From assembly GCF_006345805.1 (NCBI RefSeq), contig NC_043001.1, positions 24,676,001 through 24,740,000 on the forward strand: DNA of 64,000 nucleotides. The letters run 5' to 3'. Origin of the DNA: Octopus sinensis (Eukaryota). The first letter of the stretch is position 1, and each line of letters starts with the position of its first letter. Positions 12,283-25,378 of the stretch are shown here, piece after piece. A program made the position numbers and the translations under genes. Below the pieces are notes generated by a model. That model had not been told where the DNA came from. It saw nothing but the letters and a program-made list of their open reading frames with translations, and did not search any database.

Positions 12283-12672
12283 CTAGCAGTATCGCCTGGT
12301 GTTGCTCGGGTTTGTTTCGACCCTTTAGAATTGGAAATTTTGAAAAGTAAAAATTTTGCATTATGTAGCTTGTTATTCTTTTTAAGTGAACATTTTTCTG
12401 GTTGAAATACACTGAAAAATGGCAACACAGCAGTCAAAACATCATAAAAAATAGGGATTTTCATAGCAAAAAAGCACCTTTTTGATGTAAATAATTTTTG
12501 ATCTTAAAATGTTCCTATTTGAATTTTATCTTCTACGGAATGAAGAGCAAGCCTTCTTCTATCATGCTCTCAATTTTGGTCAACTTGTGCCACAGGGTCT
12601 CAGAGGAGATGGTGTTAGTTGAAGGCTACCAAACCTGCCACACACAGACAACTTCAGCTTTATATATAGAGA
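12283..12672 (-). mobile_element. Non-autonomous Helitron
   Basis: On the minus strand: 5' TC(tctatatataaagctg) ... sub-terminal hairpin cccgagcaacaccagg ... 3' CTAG, inserted between A and T with no TSD. Confidence 0.8.
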
Positions 12673-13534
12673 TAAATATTGTAACAAATATTCATAAGTT
12701 TAATTTTCTTTTATTTTGTTAATATCTTTAATTAAAATAGAAAAATATAATCAGATGAACAAATGTTCTTGCCATACAAGCAACAATAGCACAAGGGAGA
12801 TATAATTCGTAGGAAAATAATGCCCAAAGTTCTGAGAAAACATTTAGCAATGAAGAAGCAGTTGAGCAGTTTCAAATATTTGATTTGAGATGAAGTAATT
12901 TTCTTTAATCAAACTAATAATGAGTCAGTGGTGATTACTAGTTCAATCTTTCTGTCAGACAAGATAGTTTAATTGCTTCAGTCTTGAGATGGAAAGTAGG
13001 AATCAGATCCTATTTACGAAAAAGTAGTTTGTGCTGGGGAGCATATCCAGTTATTAAAACAACTCTAAAAACCAATTAAAATATCTATCATATTTTGTTG
13101 CATCTTGGGAGCATCATTATGCCAATGATAAACACATGCACTGATCCTATTTCACTTCTTTTTTTATTATCAGCCAATCAGTTAATCATCTAACCAATTA
13201 ACTTATCAATTGATTGATTAGTCTTTCAGCTAATCAATTAATCAGGTTTGTCAAAGTTCTTTTGTCGCCATTATTGGAATGACGCCTCCTAAAATATAAC
13301 GAAGTTTGTTTCAATTCATGGATTCACATCAATTATCATGCAAACCAATTACAGAAACCAAATACAACATACTCCTAGAGTAAAGTAAAGAATCCAAGGA
13401 AACTAGCATCATTTTATATCAGTAAACTGTAAACAAATAGTTCCAAATGTGGAATAAATTTTAGTCTGTGAGGAAGAAGATAAATTTAAGATTTAGGCCA
13501 GACCCTTCATGGAATGTCAATACTTGATAAATGT

Positions 13535-13780
13535 TCCTTCTTGAGCCATGCCAGGCTCATAAAGGCTGGTTTTCCAGTTTCAGTGGTGTAGAAATTCCCC
13601 ACCTGGATGGGATGCTGGTCCGTTGCAGGATTACTCATTTTTACCTGCTGAGTGGACTAGAGCAACTTGAAAAATGAAGTGTTTTGCTCAAGAACACAAC
13701 GCATCAACCGGTCCAGGAATTGAAACCACAACCTTACAATCATGAGTTCAACACCTGAACCACTAAGCCACGCGCCTCCA
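13535..13780 (-). mobile_element. SINE family E, full length
   Basis: Minus strand tRNA-like head ggaggcgcgtggcttagtggttcaggtg...tttcaattcctggacc. Confidence 0.8.
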
Positions 13781-14295
13781 CAATTTACTTGATAGGGTAA
13801 ATAAATTAGGAGGAATGAGAATAAGGAAAAATTATTATGAGTGAATAAAACGTATCTAAAGTGCATTAGATTGCTCCCAAATATTGAGAAGACTTTATGT
13901 GCTATGATTCTGTTGAAGTAAAACTGACCTGAGCTAAACACACCTACCCTACAATGTCATTCTAAAAATATACAATGCACTAGAGCAATCGTCTACATTA
14001 TCTAAACACTAAAAAAAAATAAGCATAGACTTAGGTGGGCACAGTTCTGATGACAGAAACAAGCAAATGCTAAATAAACAGAGGACAAAAGAAAATTCCA
14101 TGCAAAATAAATATAAACCAGTGAAAGGGTCTCTACACATTCATTTGGCATGGAAACATAGCAGTTAAATGTCCTTCACATCCTTCCTTCAGTTATGAAT
14201 AAAAAACACAGAATACATTGACCAATATATATTCACTGATATATAAAAGAAAACAAAATGTGCTGTGTATGTCTTGCAAATATTTGATCATAAAT

Positions 14296-14951
14296 AGGCA
14301 TAGGAGTGGCTGTGTGGCAAGTAGCTTGCTTACCAACCACATGGTTCCGGGTTCAGTTCCACTGCATGGCATCTTGAGCAAGTGTCTTCTACTATAGCCT
14401 TGGACCGACCAAAGCCTTGTGAGTGGATTTGGTAGACAGAAACTGAAAAAAGTCCATCATATATGTATATATATACAAAATTTAGAGGACTGACCACTAA
14501 AAGTGGACAGCCAATATGCTAAACATAGACGTCCACTTTTAGTGGTCAGTCCTCTAAATTTTGTATGTAAAACAATTTTTAATCTTTGGATTTTTTAAAA
14601 TATGCGAAGCAACCGGTTTTAATTGATTAATATCAATTTCTACCCTTATTTAATTTTATATATATATACATACATACATACATATACATATATATGTGTG
14701 TGTGTGAGTGGAGTGTGTGTGTGTGTGTTTGTGTGTGTATATATGTTTCAGTGTCTGTGTTTGTACCCCCAACATTGCTTGACAACCGATGCTAGTGTGT
14801 TTACATCCCCGTAACTTAGCAGTTCAACAAAAGAGACCGATAGAACAAGTATTAGGCTTACAAAGAATAAGTCCTGGGGGGTGCGATTTGCTCGTCTAAA
14901 TGCGGTGCTCCAGCATGGCCACAGTCAAATGACTTGAAACAAGTAAAAGAG
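14296..14951 (+). mobile_element. SINE family B interrupted in its internal TA tract by a fold-back element
   Basis: Head at 14296-14460, tail at ~14750-14951. Confidence 0.85.
14473..14660 (+). mobile_element. TA-embedded fold-back element (PLE-terminus-like)
   Basis: Perfect 36-bp inverted repeat 14473-14508/14531-14566. Terminus ...atcaatttctacccttatttaatttta(TA)n is shared with the 29145 and 40432 copies. Confidence 0.7.
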
Positions 14952-15434
14952 TGTTTGATCAAGGGCTAACTTGAGGCTAAACAACATCCAAAATTAAAAA
15001 ATACCAACTAACAAACACAAACAAGTGTAACTGTACTTAATGTTTCATTAATAGTTTGAAATTGCTTTTGATGCTATTTTAAGTTTCTAAACTTCATCTT
15101 TGATTAATTCAACATATGGCAAGTGGCCATGCTGCTCTCATATATCTACCTAATTCTTCTGAATTTATATCTTACATTTATAAAATAATTATCAAATGAG
15201 CAATTTATATAAAGAGAAAGCATTTAAATCATTTTTGAACTCTCTTTATTACATCATTCCTTATTTCCTACAATTTTGTTTCCATTTGAAATATTTAGAC
15301 GAGTTTGAATGGGAAACAATAAAATTGGCTGATAAAATAGAGAAATAAATTTAAGATTCTCAGGATTAACTCTTTATTTATCTCGTCATATTCTATATAA
15401 ATGGCATTATTAAACATTTCTTTCAATTACATAA

Positions 15435-15497
15435 TATAGATAGATAGATAGATAGAAAGAATATATGTAAATATAATATATATATATATATATATAT

Positions 15498-15530
<33 letters not shown>

Positions 15531-15610
15531 AAGAATATATGTATATATAGATAGATAGATAGATATATACATAGATAGATAGATAGATAGGTAGATAGAA
15601 AGAATATATG

Positions 15611-15641
<31 letters not shown>

Positions 15642-15668
15642 ATATATATATATATATATATGTATATG

Positions 15669-15710
<42 letters not shown>
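15435..15710. repeat. Compound (TAGA)n/(TA)n microsatellite
   Basis: Seen directly. The same higher-order unit occurs at 18419-18720. Confidence 0.95.
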
Positions 15711-15711
<1 letters not shown>

Positions 15712-18418
15712 TTTACTTTGATACTTTGATAGGTTTCGGCCATTATTGGCCCAGGCCATGTCTAACTTAATAGCACCACCTGGTGAAGTCTTTCAAGTCA
15801 GAATTTGGGCACTATGGCCCACTCAAGTAGAGAGAGAGTTATTGTTTACAGAGACATATCCGGGTGTAGGGGGTTTATCCGGATTTCTTGAAGGAATCTG
15901 TCCAAAGACTTCTTGAACCCTATAGGGTCAGTTTCTGTTTTAATGTGTTTTGGGTGGTGTAAGTTAAAGAGCGGGGCCAATTGAGGTGAAATAATTGTGC
16001 CGTATTGTTGTTATGAGATGAGAGTGCGATTTTTGTTTTGGGCGGATGGCACGGGGCCCAAGCCTTGGATGTACCTTAAAGGTGATGCCAACATCATTTG
16101 GGCAATGCTGATGGAATATTTTCCACATCATGCAGATGATGTAGCGCTCACGACGACGTTGGGAGAATAGAGTTTTAGCTTTTCTAGTCGACCCCAATAG
16201 TCGAGCCTGTCATGCCATCTATCTTTTTTGTGATTGCCCTTTGAGGTGCTTCAACTTTTATGATACCTTGTATTGTGTGGGGAGACCACAGTGGACAACA
16301 GTATTCAAGGTGGGGTCGGGCAAAAGTGGAGAAGAGAAGGATAATGGTGTGGATATCTCTCGACTGAAAGTTCTGAGAATCCAGGAACACATTCTGCGGG
16401 CCATGTCAACTTTGGTGTTTATATGAGTGGCCCAGCTTACGTTGTTGTCCACAATTACTCCCAAGTCTCTGATGTTGTTGGACGCCGTGAGAGTTTCACC
16501 TGAAGGAAGGGAGTATGGGAGTTTCAGGGCATCCTCTTTTCCAAAGTGGATTAGCTCAAATTTATCCTCGTTCAGCAGCATATTGTTTTTTTCTGCCCAT
16601 TGGATAACAGCCAGTAGATCTGACTGAAGGCATGTCCGGTCACTCGCCTCATTTATGACCTTCTGTAGCTTGGAGTCATCTGCAAAGATTTTTTTTATTT
16701 GCTGTGCTTGATGATGTCATTAATGTCATTAATGTAAATGATGAAAAGAAGTGGGCCCAGCACAGTGCCTTGCGGAACGCCACTACTGACTTTGGCTGGG
16801 CTTGATTTTACCCCTTCAACTACACATGTTGAGATCTGTCTGTCAGGAAAACACTTATCCATTTCAGTAACTTTCCAGAGACACCAATGTTGGATAGTTT
16901 TTTCAATAGGATCTTGTGATCGACCCTGTCGAAGGCCTTACTGAAATCAAGGTAGATGACATCGGTGTTGGAGCCCTCTCCCAAAGCTCTCAAAATGTCC
17001 TCAAAGTGATGCAGGAGCTGCGTTAGGCAGTCCCTTCCATTACGGAACCCATGTTGGTGGAGATCAGCCGTCTGTTGCTTTCCAGAAATTGGGTTATTCG
17101 AGATCTCACCACCCTCTCAAATACCTTGATGATATGAGAGGTGAGTGAGATCGGACGGTAATTCACTGCAAGGAGGGTTGTTTCCTTTTTGAAAACTGGG
17201 ACAACAGACTGGGACAGAAGGTTTTTTGGAATATAGCCAGCATCCAGTGAGTTTTCTCCACAGATTAGCAAGGGAGATGCAAGTTGGTGTCGACACACCT
17301 TCAGGACACAAGCAGGGAACCTATCGGGGCCTACTGCTGAATTGTGTTTTATTTCGTTTATCGCCGCTAAGACATCAGGGGCACTAAACGTTATGTCCGA
17401 TATGGTGTGTTGGGGGTTGACATCACTGATACAGCCCAGATCGGCCATATCAGGATTGCTGAAAACAGAGCAGTATTGTTTCTGCAGTATCTCGGCCATG
17501 GATTTGGCATTATTGGAGAGTGCCAGTTTCGTCAATTAGAGGGCCTACAGTGGAGACAGTGACCCTGCGTTTCCTCGCAAATGAAAAGAACACTTTGGGG
17601 TTGAGTTTAATTTTTTCAATGGCCCACTTCTCTTCAGCTGATCTTGGTTATGATGAGGGTCTTCATGCATTGTTGGAGGATATATTTTTTGGATTCAAGC
17701 AGTGCGATAGCCGTCGAATGTGTGTGTTGCTGTTGGCAGTACTTTAGTTTGTTAATTTTTTTGTTTGTTCTTTTTATTTTTCTGATAATGGTTTTTCTGT
17801 TTTGGGGATTCTGCACTTTTTGTTCACAGGTCTTGGTGGGGAGTGTTTTGCACATATGTCTGTGACGGTGTTCTACAAAGATCTGCCAAGATGTTTTATG
17901 GTTGGTGGAGATGTGTGTATGTGTAAAGGACCAGTCAACATTTGATAGCTCGTTCCTGATTGCATCCCAGTTGGCTTTATGGAGATCCATGTTGTCAAAT
18001 GGGTGGGCTGGAGGAAGGTCACTAGGATTAGCTTTCGGCTGGTGGAATTTCATGTTACAGAGAACCATGTCATGGTCTGAAAGAAGGGTTTTTTCCACTG
18101 TAACGTTATGTATAGTGTTAGTGTGGTTACTAAACACTAGGTCCAAAATGTTCTGATGTCTTGTTGGTGCAAGGACAAGTTGGGACAAGAAAAACTCATT
18201 CGTAAAGTCGAAAAGTGACTCTGCTGCTTCTTTGTCAGCGGTTGAGGCGGGAGTGTTTGGTTTCAAACAGTTTGTAGTCCAGTCAACACAGGGTAGATTG
18301 AAGTCTCCCATCATGAGTATGTTGCTAGAATGGCACTGTTGAATAAAGCACTTAATGCTGTTGAGGCATTCTTTAAAGCACAGTATGGGTGTTTGGGGCG
18401 GCCTATAGAGCCCAATTA
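15711..18418 (-). mobile_element. CR1-type LINE, 5'-truncated within the APE endonuclease; ORF2 (APE+RT) frameshifted
   Basis: APE motifs [30 protein letters not shown] region [51 protein letters not shown]. Stop at 15964-15966. 3'UTR has a terminal stem-loop. Confidence 0.92.
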
Positions 18419-18508
18419 TGTATGTATATATATATATATATATATATATAGATAGATAGAATATATGTATGTTATATATATATAGATAGATAGATAGATA
18501 GAATATAG

Positions 18509-18548
<40 letters not shown>

Positions 18549-18641
18549 TAGATAGATAGATAGAATATATGTATGTATATATATATATAGATAGATAGAT
18601 AGATAGAATATATGTATGTATATATATATATATATATATAT

Positions 18642-18674
<33 letters not shown>

Positions 18675-18681
18675 ATATATG

Positions 18682-18727
<46 letters not shown>

Positions 18728-18885
18728 TGTATGTGTATATATGTATATTGGTGTGTATGTGTATATATGTATATTAGTATGTATGTTTGTATATGTATGT
18801 CTATATATGTACATATGTTTATATATGTGTGTGTGTGCATGTATGTATGTATGTATGTATGTATGTATGTATATATTATATATCC
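18419..18885. repeat. Compound (TA)n/(TAGA)n/(TATG)n microsatellite
   Basis: Seen directly. Confidence 0.95.
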
Positions 18886-19603
18886 TCACACACACAACTG
18901 CACACATGCATACATACATATTCCAATTTTCTTTGTAATTAATATTTTCGAATGAGAGTGGATTTGAGTAGGAAAAACCTATTTGAGAGTTATTTCATTG
19001 GTTAAGATTAGATATTTCCTATAGATATTCTCAGTTCAATTACAACGTTGAACTGTTGTTTGAACTATTGATTAAAGTAACTTCCTCTATTATGTATGAG
19101 ATTATGTGTAATAACTTATGTAGAATCACCTGTTCATGTATTCACTCCCTGAAAGAAACTTTTCAACCACTCATTTTTATAATAACATTTGAAATCAATT
19201 AAGTTTCCCTCTATTCATTCATTAATATCCTAACTCATCCACTCAATTCTTCACTCTAGCAGTTATACTCTACTTTCTTAAACTCTCTTTTTCTGTTCAT
19301 TCATTTTGTCATTTCTTTTTTATCATTTTCTTTTTTTTTCTCCTTCCTTGCCCTCTTTTATCATTCTTTATCTTCTTTTCCTTTCTTTCACTCATCTTTA
19401 GTTTTTTTTTTTGGGGGGGGATCACTTCTTTAATGAAATATACTCCCTTCTGCTTAATTCTTTTGTGGCTGCATTTTTAGGAAAGATAACCTCTTACTTT
19501 GTGTTTCACTTTAATTCAAGCTATAAAATAATAAAAATATTATGAGAGATTTAGTTAAATAATTTAGTAAATGATGATTTTTAACTTTTGAAATCTTATA
19601 TTA

Positions 19604-19873
19604 CGAAGATGTACTTGCATAGCGAGTGACTTGATCTGAGATCATGTGCTATAACGAAAACAATTGCAGCATGGAAGGTGTTTATAAGCCATTTAAGAAA
19701 CACACAAAATCCGTTAGATTCACTTCAACATTTAAATTTAATTTGTCAAAATATTTTCGTCGCTTTGAGACCGCGACCTGTTCACTGACAAAACTTCGTG
19801 CAGCACGAAGTTTTGTCAGTAAACAGGTCACGGTCTCAAAACGATGAAAATATTTTGACAAATTAAATTTTTA
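19604..19873 (-). mobile_element. PLE-terminus-like element with 68-bp fold-back and target-site duplication
   Basis: Inverted arms 19734-19801/19803-19870. Direct repeat aaatcttatatta at 19591-19603 and 19874-19886. Confidence 0.75.
19742..19792 (-). ncRNA. Type-I hammerhead motif with G3:C8-swapped core
   Basis: Minus strand reads tttgtca|GTGAACA|g gtcgc-ggtctcaaa-gcgac|GAA|AATATT|T|tgacaaa: 7-bp helix I, 5-bp stem II, palindromic helix III. A mutated mirror copy lies on + at 19812-19862. Confidence 0.65.
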
Positions 19874-20654
19874 AAATCTTATATTATTTTTCATATAATA
19901 ATATTTCAGTTGATAATTTTAATTTAAATTTCAATACTTTAATAAAGATAGTTTCAGCTGGATTGTTCTTGAATGAACCAGCTTGTTCAATAAATAAGTA
20001 ACGTGATTTAAATGAGGTATGAAATGGTTTTTGTAACACATCCTTTTTGTATGGAAACTGCTGCAGTGAACTAAAGGCTCTATTTTAGGGAATGAAATTG
20101 TTATGAAAGGTAGTGATGGTGATGATGTTTAGCACTAGTTCATCTCTGACTGAAAAGTCTTATAATCAAAAGCATTCCATCCATGACCATCTTGACTTTA
20201 AGAACTAGATTATTATATATACCAGTCAGTTTCTTAAGTTAAATGGTAGGGTAGGATTTGAAGATTTGTCTGTTATTTCAGTATGACTTGTGTAAAAGAA
20301 AGCATATAAGTTATTTTAGATATTTGTAAGACATGCTAGTGAGAGTCACAATTTCTGTTACTACTACAATTGTTGGTGAAATAAAGAGTGAAGTTTCCAC
20401 CAAATGTTGTTAAAGGTACCGATATGCTCATTTTCTGATCCTTGAAATAACAAAGATCATGGAACTGTTGTCCCTGATGTTCATTTCATTTTGTTTTCCA
20501 TAAGAGCATGGTTCAAACAGAAGTAAATTGAAGTTAGATTATTATGCTTGGATGCACTTCCTGTCACCTACCCTTACTCGTATTCCAAGTATGGAATTTC
20601 TTATTTCTGAAGAACTTGAAAACACACCTTGGTAATACTTGCCTATGAAGAACA

Positions 20655-22460
20655 CTGGTGCTGGCATCACATAAAAAACACTGGTGATGGTGCCACATAA
20701 AAAGCATTGGTGATGATGCCACATAAAAGCATTGGTGATGGTGCCACATAAAAGCATTGGTGATGGTGCCACATAAAAGCACTGGTGATGGTGCCACATA
20801 AAAGCATTGGTGATGGTGCCACATAAAAGCATTGGTGATGGTGCCACATAAAAGCATTGGTGATGGTGCCACATAAAAGCATTGGTGATGGTGCCACATA
20901 AAAAGCATTGGTGATGGTGCCACATAAAAGCATTGGTGATGGTGCCACATAAAAGCATTGGTGATGGTGCCACATAAAAAGCATTGGTGATGATGCCACA
21001 TAAAGCATTGGTGATGGTGCCACATAAAAGCTTGGTGATTGTGCCACATAAAAGCATTGGTGATGGTGCCACATAAAAGCATTGGTGATGGTGCCACATA
21101 AAAGCATTGGTGATGGTGCCACATAAAAGCATTGGTGATGGTGCCACATAAAAGCATTGGTGATGGTGCCACATAAAAGCATTGGTGATGGTGCCACATA
21201 AAAAGCATTGGTGATGGTGCCACATAAAAGCATTGGTGATGGTGCCACATAAAAGCATTGGTGATTGTGCCACATAAAAGCATTGGTGATGGTGCCACAT
21301 AAAAGCATTGGTGATGGTGCCACATAAAAGCATTGGTGATGGTGCCACATAAAAGCATTGGTGATTGTGCCACATAAAAGCATTGGTGATGGTGCCACAT
21401 AAAAGCATTGGTGATTGTGCCACATAAAAGCATTGGTGATTGTGCCACATAAAAGCATTGGTGATGGTGCCACATAAAGCATTGGTGATTGTGCCACATA
21501 AAAGCATTGGTGATTGTTGCCACATAAAAGCATTGGTGATTGTGCCACATAAAAGCATTGGTGATGGTGCCACATAAAAGCATTGGTGATTGTGCCACAT
21601 AAAAGCATTGGTGATGGTGCCACATAAAAGCATTGGTGATGGTGCCACATAAAAGCATTGGTGATGGTGCCACATAAAAGCATTGGTGATGGTGCCACAT
21701 AAAAGCATTGGTGATGGTGCCACATAAAAGCATTGGTGATGGTGCCACATAAAAGCATTGGTGATGGTGCCACATAAAAGCATTGGTGATGATGCCACAT
21801 AAAAGCATTGGTGATGGTGCCACATAAAAGCATTGGTGATTGTGCCACATAAAAGCATTGGTGATGGTGCCACATAAAAGCATTGGTGATGATGCCACAT
21901 AAAAGCATTGGTGATGGTGCCACATAAAAGCATTGGTGATGGTGCCACATAAAAGCATTGGTGATGGTGCCACATAAAAGCATTGGTGATGGTGCCACAT
22001 AAAAGCATTGTGATGGTGCCACATAAAAGCATTGGTGATGGTGCCACATAAAAGCATTGGTGATGGTGCCACATAAAAGCATTGGTGATGATGCCACATA
22101 AAAGCATTGGTGATGGTGCCACATAAAAGCATTGGTGATGGTGCCACATAAAAGCACTGGTGATGGTGCCACATAAAAGCATTGGTGATGATGCCACATA
22201 AAAGCATTGGTGATTGTGCCACATAAAAGCATTGGTGATTGTGCCACATAAAAGCATTGGTGATGGTGCCACATAAAAGCATTGGTGATTGTGCCACATA
22301 AAAGCATTGGTGATGGTGCCACATAAAAGCATTGGTGATTGTGCCACATAAAAGCACTGGTGACAAGGCCATGTAAAAAGTACTGGTATTGGTGCCACAT
22401 AAAAAGCATTGGTGATGGTTTCACATAAAAAGCACTGGTGCTGGTGCCATGTAGAAAGCA
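20655..22460 (+). repeat. 25-bp minisatellite, ~70 units (tgatggtgccacataaaagcattgg)
   Basis: Near-identical tandem units without spacers. The edges are more diverged. Confidence 0.97.
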
Positions 22461-22620
22461 CCCAGTACACTCAATAAAGTGGTTAACATTAGAAAAGGCA
22501 TCTAGCTGTAGAAACCAATCCAAAACAGATTGGGTGACCTGGTGTGTGACTCCTGGTCTTGCTAGCTCCTGTCAAACTGGCAAAACCATGCCAGAATGGA
22601 AAATGAATATTAAAGGAGGA
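22461..22620 (+). mobile_element. RTE-tail SINE (family C) tail continuous with the minisatellite
   Basis: cccagtacactc...gtggttaacattagaaaaggcatctagctgtagaaacc...catgccagaatggaaa. Confidence 0.75.
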
Positions 22621-23354
22621 AGAGAGATTTGCTGATGACTTGTTGACAGGAAATGTATTTTAAGAAAGAAAATTAATTGAAATCCTTCAAAACATTACTG
22701 GCAATCTTATTTTCAACATTTTAGTCTTTCCTTTGTAAAGTTATAGAAAGAAATTTCATCTCAATCATGCTACATTGTTGTACCTGACTTACACAGGTAT
22801 ATTTCATCATTCTGCTCTATGGACTCTACTTAACATTTGGTTATATTGTGGTTAATACATTATCATAACACATAAAATTATGTTTTGTTTAAAATACACA
22901 TTCATGTATATATATTTGCAATATTTTACTCAATAATATCTTTCCTACTTAGTCTCTGTCACACTTTTATCAAAGATCAATAGCTTGTTTGCTATGCTTA
23001 ATATGTCCACACTTAGTTACCAAGCCAGTTTATAGTGCCTTTTAACCATTCCATTACTTCAAAGTCCAAATATTCTATTGAACTGCAGCCACCTATAAAC
23101 GGCAGACCACATAGTACTTTAAATCTGATGTATGATCAAAATATCAAGCTATTCCTGACAGCATCTTGGTTATTTCAAAGAAAAATAAAGAAATTGATAT
23201 ATTCAGTATAAATACTCACTAAATTTTGTCAGTTCCTTTCCTTTTCCAATTTTCTTATATTGTGTGAGATATTCCAATATGTTGCTGGAAAAGTACTATT
23301 TCTGACCTGTAGTTATTGTTAGTTTTGCAGCCATGACTATGTTCAAGTGCAGAC

Positions 23355-23920
23355 TTGACTGTGTAGCTAAGAAGTTTATGTCCTAACCACATGGTTTCAG
23401 ATTCAGTTTCGCTGCCTTGTACTTTGAACAAATGTCTTCTACTATAGCCCCGAGACAACCAAAACCTTGGGAGTGGATTTGGTACACAGAAACTGAAAGA
23501 AACCCTTCATACATGTGTCCGTGCCAGTGGCACATAAAAGGCACTGTTCGAGTGTGATCATTACCAGTGTCACCTTACTGGCACTTGTGCCCCATGCTAG
23601 TAGGGTGCTAAGAGCACCATCCGAGCGTGATCATTGCCAGAGCGGCTTACTGGCTTCCGTGCCGGTGGCATTTAGGAGGCACCATTTGAGCAAGGTCGTT
23701 GCCAGTACCGCCTGACTGGCCCCCATGCCGGTGGCACGTAAAAGCACCCACTACGCTCTCGGAGTGGTTAGCGTTAGGAAGGGCATCCAGCTGTAGAAAC
23801 TCTGTCAGATCAAGACTGGAGCCTGGTGCAGCCATCTGGTTTGCCAGCCTTCAGTCAAACTGTCCAACCCATGCTAGCATGGAAAGTGGACGTTAAACAA
23901 TGATGATGATGATGATGATA
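23355..23920 (+). mobile_element. SINE: B-type head plus C-type tandem units and RTE tail
   Basis: B head at 23355-23510, then gtggcacataaaaggcac units, then the tail gttaaacaatgatgatg. Confidence 0.8.
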
Positions 23921-24679
23921 AATCTTCCACTGAGGAGGGAACTGGTTTCCAACAAAGATACAAGGCTCCATCTTTGGGATGTAGTTAACACAGACATATT
24001 CACATTTGGAACTTGAGAAAAGTCTTGCATATTTCTACTGTTCCACTCACAGTTTGCACTTGTAATGTACAAATCAGCTGGTCAGTTTCTCTTTCTGAAT
24101 GTCCCAGTCTATTTAGACTCTCCTTTAAACATTTACTAACAAAACCTAGTGCTCCAATTATTATTGGTATGAATATGAATTCATAGTCTGGATATAGAAG
24201 CTAGAGGTTTTGAAACAGCTGTCCATAGATATCCTCTTTTTCTTTGACTTTCAAAGAGCTATTTAGATCTGCAGGGCAGCTGACCTCTATGATGGTACAT
24301 ACCTTTGTCCCTCTGTCCCAAACAACAATATCCGGCCTGTTATTTGACAGTATGTGTGTGTGTATGAGTGGATATTTGTATTATGTCTATCTGTCTGTCT
24401 TTTTATTTAATCATTTAAATTTTTCATCGGAAGTAGGAGCTAGTTTCTAACGCAGATGTCAAACTCCACTGTTGGAATGTAGACAACAAAAATAATGTCA
24501 CATTTTAAACCTGAGAAAAGTCTTGCATAGTTTTACTGTTCTGCTTACATATTGTATTTACAATGTGTGAACCAGGTGGTTGATGTCTTTTTCTGAAGAT
24601 CTAAGCTTATCCAAACTGACAGTTAGGCATGTTTATGCGTGTGTGTGTGTGTGTGTGTGTGTGTACGGGTGTACATATG

Positions 24680-25070
24680 TATCATCATCATCATCATCGT
24701 TTAATGTCCGCTTTCCATGCTAGCATGGGTTGGACGGTTCGACTGGGGTCTGGGAAGCCAGAAGGCTGCACCAGGCCCAGTCTGATCTGGCAGTGTTTCT
24801 ACAGCTGGATGCCCTTCCTAACACCAACCACTCCATGAGTGTAGTGGGTGCTTTTTACATGCCACCAGCTCAGTCCAGGCAAGGCTGGCAACAGCCACGT
24901 TCGGTTGGTGCTTTTTACGTGCCACCGACACGGAGGCCAGTCGGGGTGGTGCTGGCAATGGCCACATTCAGATTGTTCTTTTACATGCCACCGGCACTGG
25001 TATCACAACTACAATTTCCATTGGTTTTTGAGCAATTTCGATTTCACTTGCCTCAACAGGTCTTCGCAAT
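24680..25070 (-). mobile_element. RTE-tail SINE (family C)
   Basis: (CAT)n cgtttaatgtccgctttccatgctagcatggg... with internal units. Confidence 0.85.
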
Positions 25071-25084
25071 GTATGTATGTATCT

Positions 25085-25378
25085 GAGTGGGAGAGCAATG
25101 CTTGTCATTGCCACAGATGGAGGAAGCAGGTTAAGGGTGGGGTCAACACCTATGAAAAAGCATGAAGAATTTAAGCTTGCTGCTCAAAATCACGCTGCTA
25201 ACATAATGAATGGGGAAAGCTTGGTTTGCAATGTTTCCAGTCGGGTATGCTTGTCAAGAGCAGGGCTCTTCAGCCACCAACAGAGCCACAAATGCAAAAT
25301 ATAAGTTAGTCCTAGAGCGCACAATGTTCCCAAAGGTCAGCAATGGTCTTCCTCGGTCACGAGTGGACGGCCATCGTG
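25085..25378 (+). mobile_element. RTE (BovB-like) LINE 3' end
   Basis: Remnant ...RWRKQVKGGV... and C2H2-like CNVSSRVCLSRAGLFSHQQSH*, followed by a short 3'UTR stem-loop. Confidence 0.65.

Noticed and set aside
14047-14060. CTGATGA..GAAAC
   Set aside because: No room for stem II.
20542-22523. Three 600-aa ORFs, or a CRISPR-like array
   Set aside because: Pure 25-bp tandem repeat with no spacers and no cas genes. The ORFs follow from a stop-free unit.
22628-22664. CTGATGA...GAAA with marginal stems
   Set aside because: Stem II starts with U-G and has a 2-nt loop, and helix I is GU-rich. Consistent with chance.
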